In this document: positions 54,257 to 64,000 of the stretch, in pieces
Layout: the number at the start of each line of letters is the position of its first letter
How positions within the stretch are numbered: the stretch's first letter is position 1
Source of the DNA: Octopus vulgaris
Taxonomy: Eukaryota
Length of the DNA: 64,000 bases
Reading direction: 5' to 3'
Assembly: GCA_951406725.2 (NCBI GenBank)
Contig: OX597820.1
Location: 40,114,001-40,178,000, forward strand
Made by a program: the position numbers and the translations under genes
Notes under the pieces: generated by a model
Seen by the model: the letters and a program-made list of their open reading frames with translations, nothing else
Database searches by the model: none
Told to the model about the DNA's origin: nothing

Positions 54257-55139
54257 AAATTCCACCGCCAAGTAGCCAGCTAACGAAGATCAGTGACGAT
54301 ATGAACAGGGGAGAGATAATAAGTAGTGTAAGGGTAAGAGTAAAGAAAATGAAACAAAAAGAAAAAAAAATGAATGAGTTACATATGATAGTATGCATTA
54401 AATGTCAAATTAATTACATTCCTTTGGGAACGCCTTCTTTTAGACAACTCTCAGAAAACTGCCAGTGGCTCTCTTGTGGCTGTCGTCTTTAGCAGTAATA
54501 TTATTGTCAAACTCCATATGCTGCTTTGGGCAGAATCTCAGAACAAAGACCATTGAGAATGTGCAAAAGATGAAAGAATTCCATAATGGCATCTTGACTT
54601 TTTCTGCGTATGCGTCTGTGGAAGTATATAAACGAAAGTGTATATGCGAATGCGTGTGTAAATATGTCCGTGTGTATATTTGCGTGTGTTTGTGGGTTTA
54701 AGTGTACGTGTGTTCGTGTGTATAATTTTGTGCATAAATGTGTGTGTATATTTGTGTGTATGTCTGTTTGCGTATGTTTGTGTATGTGTGAGTACGTATG
54801 AATCTGTATGCATACAAACTTTTGTATACATACCGCATGACGTCATCAAAATATGTATTTGTAAGAAAACCTACAGATGTAGTTATATATCCATGTGTAT
54901 ATATTAACAAAATATGAAACGCGTGTTATATTTACATATGCAAAGCACATGTTCTTAAACTACACATTCATACACACATCCACACAATACACACACGCAT
55001 GCACATACACACAAACATATACACATTTTAAAACTTGGTGTTATGTATGTATACATGTATGTTGGCACGAATATATTTGCGTGTGTGTGAGTGATTACGA
55101 GTATGTGTCTGCGAGGTGTGTGCTTATGTGTTTAGATGT

Positions 55140-55240
55140 GTGTATATATATATATATGTATATACATATGTTTATATGTATATACATATGTATATATATA
55201 TATATATATATACATATGTATATATGTATATACATATGTA

Positions 55241-55284
<44 letters not shown>

Positions 55285-55305
55285 CATATGTATATATGTA
55301 TATAC

Positions 55306-55343
<38 letters not shown>

Positions 55344-55381
55344 GTATATATATATGATATATATATATATACATATGTATA

Positions 55382-55446
<65 letters not shown>

Positions 55447-55602
55447 TTCATATATATATATATATACATGGATATGTATATGTATATATATGTGTGTGTG
55501 TGTGTGAGAGAGAGAGAGTGCGTGTCTGCATTTATGTATATATATATATATATAATCATAAACACACACATGCTCGCAGACACATACTCGTAACCGCACA
55601 CG

Positions 55603-55636
<34 letters not shown>

Positions 55637-55645
55637 TATATATAT
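55140..55645. repeat. Degenerate (TA)n array with TACATATG sub-periodicity, then (TG)/(GA)/(CA) runs
   Basis: Direct reading. Confidence 0.95.
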
Positions 55646-56199
55646 GTGACTTATAAAGGGAGAGGGAGAGAGATGGAAAAAAGAATTAATTTGCTTAAGT
55701 AGTCTACTACATGGCAAGTTGAATACGAAAAAGAAAATAGTCTTCAATTTTAACTACATCGAATATTTATAAGAAAAAAAAATACTCATATAGATGCCCG
55801 GCATAGAACAATTCAAAGACAAGAGGTAAGTAGTTGGGGTTGTGATATTTAAAGTCTGGTACCGATATATCTGTCAATTAATGTCGTTTATATCTTATTT
55901 ATTGTTAATGGACGGATTAATTCGATTAGTTGTAGTTGCCTTTATTTCTAATGTTCCTTTCCGCGACATTGATGGAGGCCGTAATATTCTGCTTATATCT
56001 CTTGCGTACTACAATTTTATTGGATGGAATATTAGAAACATATACGAGAGTTATATACTTAAGTTTGTTTAGAAATTTATACGCGTTCGTTTAGTAAATA
56101 ATTTCTTCAAGATATCCATAAGAACCGCTAATAGTTTTTCGTAGGTTTTGGCTTTCATTCTCGAAAAGGAAATAGATTGTAGATCAGTTCCATCACATG

Positions 56200-58080
56200 C
56201 CAGGAGTTGTGTTTCAGCAGCTTGAAGGGAGTGCAGCTATAGATTCGCTGGAGGTGCGAGAAGTTGAAGTTGAGCAAAGGAGGCTGAGGAGGTGCTAGAG
56301 GCTGATTTGGAAGGAGGTATCTAGTTTGGAGTTGGCTCCTCCAGAAGAAGTAACCACCAGTACAAAGAAAAGAAGAGTGGTGTACAGAATTCTATCTACA
56401 ACCACAAAAAAATTGAGATAAACTACAGAAGAATCGATTGAAGAATGTTTGAAGGAAATAAAGAGCCTGATGACATTCTACACGAGAGGCAGAAAATACG
56501 ACACAGTAGAGGTGAAATTTGCCAACGAACAGGGGGCAATAAATCACTCCACTGTGACACTGAGGACACAAGAGTGGGTACTTCTGCGAACCTATTGCAG
56601 TAAAAGAGTCACCAGAGTTAGAATATACAGGGTACTGCTAGAAATTAAAGAAGCATGCTGCTGGCAGCCGTAATGCACAAAATCGAGGAGGACGCAAAAT
56701 TTCTAAAGGTGACACAAACAAAGAAGATAAATTGAGGGGGATACGGCATAGAGGTGGTCATCCAGGTCGGACAACAAGATTTAAACGAAATTGCAGAAGA
56801 GGCAATTCTACCGCTATGCCGTAGAAAGGGTAAATAGGATTCTGGCTAGGGTGATCCATTTAGACCAATCAAAAGCATTCGATAGGGTAGACCATCAGTA
56901 TCTGGAGGAGGTCCTCCCGGCGGCTGGCTTCTGCCCGACCTTCCGCGGATGGATCAACGCTTTATACAGCAACATCGAATCGCTAGTTCGGGTGAACGGT
57001 TTCTTTTAGGAGCCGTTCTGCATTGAACGATCGGTACGTCAAGGGTGCCCTCTCTCTCCGCTTCTCTACGTTTTGGCCCTCAAGCCATTGCTGAGGATGT
57101 TGGAAGCTATGACGGGCGCTCCGCAAGATCTAGGATGCAGAAAGTCAACTTCGGCGTATGCGGATGACATCACCATCATCGTATCCCGGGTCGAGCACCT
57201 ACAATGGGTAGGTGAGGCCTTAAGGGGCAAGTCGATGCCTTCCGACGACGTCGGACGGAAGGGCCTGCGAAAATGCTTGGAGTCTGATTAGATCCAGATC
57301 TCCAGATAGAGAAGAATTGGAGCGAGGTGGCGAGTAAAGTAGCTCTCCTAACTCAGATCTGGTCTGAGCGGAGGCTGTCCTTGAAAGGGAGGGTGGAGGT
57401 TGCAGAGGTGTTTATCGCCTCCGTAATCACTTACCGCGTGATCGTCGTACATTGCTTTTTGTGGAGGGGCAGCAAACCTCTTGTAAGGTGCTCTAACTGC
57501 TGCCAAAAGCCGCTGAAGGGTGGGCTAGGAATGCCGTAGCTAAAAATGCGCAGACATGCACTCAGGCTTAGGCACCTCTGTCTTTACCTGGGCGGTGAGC
57601 AGGTGTGGTCTCCGTTCGTCAAGCTGTTATTTCCACAGTTCACATCATTTACCAAACTGAACCCTTGGATCAAGTGTAGACTGAGGTAGTGCGTGTGGTA
57701 TGCATTGTCATCAGGCACTCGTGCTTCTCTCCTAGTCGGGCAACGCCAGTTGCGGGGGTACTACCTCGTTCTTCTATAGAGAGTTAGTAAAATCCAAGTG
57801 TAACGACGTCCTGGGAAAAACACTAGAACATTATATGTGGATAATTACCAAAAGTCTCTGACCTGGAAATGTTACAGAGCAGCTTTAGCGGTTCGAGATA
57901 AGCTTTTTAGACATGGGTGTGCGCCTTCGCCGGTTTGTGCAAGATGCGAATGAGACTTTGGGGCATTGCAAAATCGTGTGCAGGACAGTTTCACTGTCCT
58001 GCACGCGATTTTGCAATGCCCCAAAGTCTCATTCGATAACCTGACCCCGACTTTTGTTTTGTCTGTCCTCGTATCGTCCC
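56200..58080 (+). mobile_element. L1/Tx1-clade LINE relic: ORF1-like piece joined to RT and zinc finger, endonuclease missing
   Basis: LDQSKAFDRVDHQYL, SVRQGCPLSPLLYVLALKPLL, AYADDITIIVS, LSLKGRV, FLWRG, KGGLGMP, CARC..HAILQCP; stops and frameshifts. Confidence 0.88.
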
Positions 58081-61000
58081 CTCTTTTTCTCAACCTCATG
58101 GTTAATAAAGAAATTGACTGGGATTGTTTTAGTTCAAATGTGAAATTGACATCCAATATTTGCTGTGTGTATCTACTGATTTAAGTATCTAGTGTCTCTC
58201 TCTCTCTCTCTCTCTTAATCTCTCTTTCTCTCAATCTCTCCTTCTCTCTCAATCTCTCTATTTCTCTCTCACTCTCTCACTTCTTCTCTGTTGTCCTCTC
58301 TCTCTCTCTCTATCACTTTGCCACTTCTTTGAAGTGTGACACACAACACAAGTACATACAAAAATAAAAAGTTAACGTATTAATATTATTGATAATATAT
58401 ACATACACACATAAATAGATAGATATATATGCATATATACATACGTATATGTACATACTTACATCTATAGAGCATGCATCAGAATTATTAAGAGAAAACT
58501 TACTTGGAAGAGGGTGCATTGCGTTCAATCATATAATAATATAAATGACATATATATATATATATATATATATACGATCTTTTACTCTTTCGATTTTCTC
58601 TGTTACTCTGTTACTTTCTCCCTCACTCCTCCTCCCTTGCTCACTTGGCTCCCACGTGACCATCGGCCACGTTGTGTATCCGTTGTGTATCGACGTTCTT
58701 GTGCACGATACTTTCGTATAAGATTTGAGGGTTACGACTGATCCGTTTTGTTTTCACGGGTCTTCTTGATTAGGTACGTTAAATCATAAAAGTTATCGCA
58801 TTAATTCTTGAAAATTTTTTTCATTCTTTACCTATAATTACTGAGTTTTTAATTACTTATGCAAAGTCAACGTATTGCTACAAACGAAAATTTTCGAAGC
58901 AGATATCGTGATGTTGGCAGATTTGCTTTGGATATCAGGAGATCTTAGTTCTATCCAACTACGTAGCATTTTAAGCATTTGTCAACTACTATAGCATCTT
59001 ATCAACGCAAGACGTGATAGGTGAACTCTATTATGCTGCACAGAATGTGAACAGGTCATTTCAGGTGTTTTGCGTGTATGATATTTGGATGAAAAATCAA
59101 GCTCACTTTACGTTTTTATCTTTGTCCCTTAATGCTCAGGTCGAAATAGACTACATGCATAGATATATGCTCGACTAACTATCATGAAAATGGTGATCCA
59201 CAAGGGAATAGCCGAATGACTGAAACAAGTAAAAGGTATAAATTTAAGATAAGAAAAATAAAGCTATGAATTCGAATATTGCATTTCCTATAATAACAAG
59301 ACCCATTTATTGTTTTGTTTCTTCTCTTGCTATTGTTTCTCCAAGTCATGCTCTTTGTTACCATTTCTGATGCATTTATTTGGAAGCGGGTAATGTCTCA
59401 ATATCAGAATCAACTATACTCCGCTCATTATAGTTGCACAGAACAAAATATCTTCATATATATAGTCTTGAACATAACCAGTCACAACTTTACCATAGAG
59501 GAAATGGTGATGTGTGTCATGTAAATCACGATGATGAAAGCACATATTAGATCAAAACTCACCGAAGAGAAATATAAAGCGACAAAACTAAAATATATAT
59601 TTCTTAGGTCGTTTTTCTTTTGCAATACTAGAATGATAGTAAGGTAAGAAACCAACTGGATTCGAACACGGAATGAAAAAAGACACATGTAAACAATCCA
59701 ATGCAACTTTGTATGATGTTGTACTATACTGTCATAAGAGTAATTTAATGGCTCTGTTAGGAAGTCAGCGAAATATAAGTTTGAGGTAAATATTTAAAGT
59801 TTTAGTGCTTCGGTTTGCACACAAACTGAAGGAAATGGAGAAATTATGCAGCAATTTACACTCATTAAACTAAAATTAAAAACTTCGTGTCACATAATAT
59901 ACTTTGGAGGTTTTATACCTTTATCGAATGGAAGAATATCGCGCTTTCAGCTTCGCAACAGAGAAGGAAATATTTCTATAAGTTTAAATGTTTCACTTCC
60001 TTTTATTGTGATTTGATACAGAATCTTATTGAGTCAAGCACACACATAAACTCACATATAAACAGACATGCGCGCGCGAGCACTCACACACAGACACAAA
60101 CACATACACGCATGCACACACACACACCAATGTATACTTGTATGTATGCACGTGCTTATATATACACTCTCGCGTATATATGCATGCGTGTTAGTGTATC
60201 TCCGTGCGCATACAAAACACACACACACACACACACATTTTTTATGCATGCTTATAAGTGTGTGTGTGTATAATTGTGGGTATATATATCTGTGTATATG
60301 TATGTATTTTCGTTTTATGAATATGTATATAGATTTATGTGTTTACCAGCGTGTATGTATGTGTATGTGTGCGAGTGTGTCTGTGCGCGAGTGTGTGTGC
60401 GAGTGTGTGTGCGAGTATGTGTGTGAGTGTGTGTGTATGCAAGTGTATCTATATGTGAATGATGTGCTTCCTCTCGTCGTCACAACTGTATTTATGGACT
60501 GAAAAGTGTATGCCTAATTCTATATAAACTTGTATGCTTAGTTATATCTGCTCAAATCTATCAGCTAACACACACACACGCACATACACACACACATACA
60601 CACACACACATACACACACACACACACAAACACATATATACACTACATACAAAATATACGTGAATATTCAGATATTTACACATAAATAAACGGCCAAGCA
60701 CATGCTGATATTCTTACATATCTATAAGAATTCTTAACTTGGCTCCTAACAGCAATGTTATAGTCTGTGTAACCAGGCAACATCGCCTCTTCATTTCAAT
60801 CAACAGTATGAAAAGAAATAAAGTTATCTTCACACTGCAAGCAAATTGGTTTGCATACAATGCGATCAGAACAATTTCCTATCACTGTCCTGTTTCTGAA
60901 GCGCCAGAGTGAAATATTTTAAAAGCAATATTCTACTATTGGAGATAAACGATATGCAGAGGAAGGAAATTGTTTGCAGAATTTAACATTCTGTACTTTA

Positions 61001-61329
61001 GTGTAATTTAAGATTTACATGTTCAAGTGGACACCTGTATGGACTGTTGGTCAAAGTGTCCATCGTTCGTATTGCGTTATGCACTGCACATTTTTGCTTT
61101 TGCTATAGCAATGACATATTTTGTTTAATATAGCTCTAGGTAGAGACAGCACACACATACACACAAACACATCCACTCACTCACATGTATATGAATGTAT
61201 GTATGTATATATATATATATGTGTGTGTGTATGTGTTGATAGATAGAGATACATACAGATATATAAATTAATAAATATATTGTATATAAACTTATAGATA
61301 CCCCACCCCATATATCTATAGGAGGAATA

Positions 61330-62231
61330 TAAATGCAGTACATTGGGATTAGGCAATAAGCATAATCCAGTGTAAACGGTGGTTCCAGAAATTCAGAGCC
61401 TCGTCCTGGAAGATCTGTAGCGATTGACGAGGACGTCCCGCAAACCCTGGTGGGACAAAATCCCATTGTAACAGTTAAGGAACTAGCAGGGTAGCTTGGT
61501 TTTGGTCACCTGAAAAGTCAACAAATTCGGTCAATGGGTTCCTCATAAACATTCCGAGTGCAATCGCGTGCAGAGAGTGAATGTGTGCTCTTCTTTGCTG
61601 TCACGTCTCAAGAATGAGCCATTTTTGGACAGAATAGTGACTGGTGACAAAAAATGGGTTCTCTATAACAACGTCAAGCGCTGAAGACAGTGAGTGAGTA
61701 GCGAAAGGAGATACACCAGTATCCCAGGCTGAAGACGGTTTTCACCCACATAAGGTGTTGCAGTTCTTTGGTGGGATATGAAAAGTTTAGTCCAGTTCAA
61801 ACTGTTAATACCAAGCAAAAAAATTACAAAGGAGATCTACTACGAACAGCTTGAACAGATTAAGTCAGCACTAAAAGAAAAACGACCATCTTGACATTCC
61901 AAAGACCGGAAGAGTTTGAATGGGAAACGATGCCTCACCCTTCATATTCGCCCGGAATTTCCTCCTTTGCTTATTATTTGTTCCGTAGTCTTCAACATCA
62001 TTTTGACGGAAAAAAATATGAATTCTATAGACGAGGTCAGAACATTACTGGAGGAGTATTTCTCGTCACGTACAAGTGGATTTTGGAAGAGGGGCCTCGA
62101 TAGTCTACTGGATAGATGGAAGAGCATCGGAGAAAATGAAGGAGAGAATACTTTAGATAAAAAAGAAATTTGTTTATTTTAATGTTGAAAAATAAAAAGT
62201 ATAAAAAGCTGCATTATATATAGGATGACCT

Positions 62232-62233
<2 letters not shown>
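61330..62233 (+). mobile_element. mariner transposase relic with right TIR and internal deletions
   Basis: RWFQKFR, PRPGR, DRIVTGDKKWVLYNNVKR, PHPSYSPGISSFAYYLFRSLQHHF, RGLDSLLDRW; HDNA region deleted; ends ...GGATGACCTTA|TA. Confidence 0.88.
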
Positions 62234-62265
<32 letters not shown>

Positions 62266-62267
62266 TG

Positions 62268-62392
62268 TACTCTATTGTGTCTTTCTCTTTTAGTGCCTTA
62301 TAATTTAACACACTCACCGGTAAAATTTCCACTCATTTATTTTTCTAAAATTTTCGTTGTGTCTTGCAACCTTTTCAATACTTGTTGACTAT
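62268..62392. mobile_element. Partial copy of the MITE at 2064-2279
   Basis: GTGCCTTATAATTTAACACACTCACCGGTAAAATT...CTAAAATTTTCGTTGTGTCTTGCAACCTTTTCAATA. Confidence 0.75.
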
Positions 62393-62488
62393 TCAAGGTG
62401 CGTTCTTTTTTGTTTGTACGCATGTGTGTGGGTCAGTGTTTGTGCGCTTATACATGTATGTATGTATGCATGTATGTATGTATGTATG

Positions 62489-62519
<31 letters not shown>

Positions 62520-63313
62520 GTATGTATACATACATGCATGTATGCATGCATGTATGTATTCATACATTCATGTATGCATGCATGTATGTATTCATACATG
62601 CATGTATGTATTCATACATGCATGTAAGTTTGTGTATTCATGTATGTATGTGGGTGGTGTTGTTGGTAGTGGTGGAGATGATGTGGTTGGTATTGTCTGT
62701 GTGTGAGATGTTGTTGTCATTGTTGATGTTGCTATTATTATTGTTGTTGTTGTTATAATAGTTGTTTCGGTTTCGTATGCTTTTGTTGTTATTATAGTTG
62801 TTTGTGTGGGGAATGTTGTGGTTATCATTGTTGCTATTCTTATTATCATTCTTGTTATACATAATTACCACTAGTATTGTTGTCAACATCGCTATTGTTA
62901 TTGTTGTTTTAGTTTCGTATGTTTGCGTTGTTATTTTTTTGTATTGTCCTAACTTCTATCTTAATTTGAAGACTGTTCTCTTTTTTCAAATTCAGATTGA
63001 GAATCAGTTTTCAGACCTATTTATATGTAGCGAATTTTGGTGGTAACTGTAAAGCATGCATTTCATCTGTATCCAGCTGTACTGCACCGTATATTCCGGA
63101 AGTGTAATTGCTGTTGTTGGTGGTGATGGCGGCGGTATTGTTTTTCGGTGACTTGGCTCCTATGGTAGTTTACATTCCTACATGGCAATCCCGTCGATAT
63201 TGCTTGGGGATTTGTAATGAATCTTACAATGCTGACATTGTTGTTGTTGTTTCATTCAGTTGAGTTTATTGTTGAAGTGTTTGTTACAGGCATGGTTTAC
63301 TCGGCGATAATCT

Positions 63314-63317
<4 letters not shown>

Positions 63318-63362
<45 letters not shown>

Positions 63363-63524
63363 CATACATACGTACATACATACATACATACATACATGCA
63401 TACAAACATACGTACATACATGCATACATGCATACATACATACATACATACAAACATACACACATACATACATACATACATACATATATGCACACATACA
63501 TACATACATACATACATACATACA

Positions 63525-63558
<34 letters not shown>

Positions 63559-63560
63559 CA
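63318..63560. repeat. (TA)n(CATA)n microsatellite
   Basis: Direct reading. Confidence 0.95.
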
Positions 63561-63700
63561 CACGAGGTGGTGGTGAAAAGTTCCTGGCTCTAGAATATAC
63601 AGGAATTTCAGTTAATTACAATTTTATTCCAAATATTCTCTTCTCAGATTCATACAATTATTGCAGCGGTCAATCCAGTTTTTCTAATCCCTGTGAAAAA
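63561..63700 (-). mobile_element. mariner terminal fragment
   Basis: CACGAGGTGGTGGTGAAAAGTTCC resembles a mariner TIR; minus strand GLEKL.. resembles the transposase C-terminus. Confidence 0.5.
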
Positions 63701-63744
63701 TATATATTGTGTGTCTGTGTGTGCGTGTCCTTTCTCTATGTTTG

Positions 63745-63918
63745 TGCTCCCACCACTGTTCCCACCAACACTTTACACACAAGAATCCCATAGAATAAGT
63801 ACGAGATTTAAAAGCAAAATAGGAGGTAACGGGGTCAATTCGTTTGATTAAAGTTCTTCATGGGGGTGCCACAGCATCGCTGCAGACTAATGACTTAGTC
63901 AAGTAAAGGACTAAAGGA

Positions 63919-63920
<2 letters not shown>
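63745..63920 (+). mobile_element. SINE family B 3' fragment
   Basis: ATAGAATAAGTAC...GGGGTCAATTCGTTTGATTAAAG...GGTGCCACAGCAT matches the 3' parts at 16230-16316 and 27730-27845. Confidence 0.6.
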
Positions 63921-63992
<72 letters not shown>

Positions 63993-64000
63993 GTGTGTGT

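Noticed and set aside
54895-55649. Overlapping YI/CV-rich ORFs on both strands (also 19171-19969 and 63217-63793)
   Set aside because: Dinucleotide and tetranucleotide repeats lack stop codons, so these are artefacts.

Overview
AT-rich, microsatellite-saturated eukaryotic DNA. The SINE families and repeat landscape resemble an octopus/coleoid cephalopod genome; this is recognition from memory, not a database result. I found no intact host protein-coding gene, rRNA or CRISPR array, so the window is probably intergenic or intronic. Most ORFs in the track are translated microsatellites. The recognisable content is decayed transposons: a two-LTR Gypsy (Mag-like) element at 20.5-25.2 kb (-), a DD36E Tc1-type transposase (6.9-7.9 kb), mariner, Tc1 and Harbinger relics, several Dong/R4 LINE pieces beside (TAA)n tracts, Tx1-, HERO- and RTE-like fragments, many tRNA-headed SINE copies, MITEs and a tRNA-His pseudogene. 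The items most worth follow-up are: minimal hammerhead-ribozyme motifs, some inside foldback elements; four long inverted repeats within 12.0-15.7 kb; a ~555-bp non-coding element that recurs in one orientation next to (TTA)n; and a SINE dimer seen twice with the same junction. All translations and alignments were done by eye, and many boundaries are approximate.
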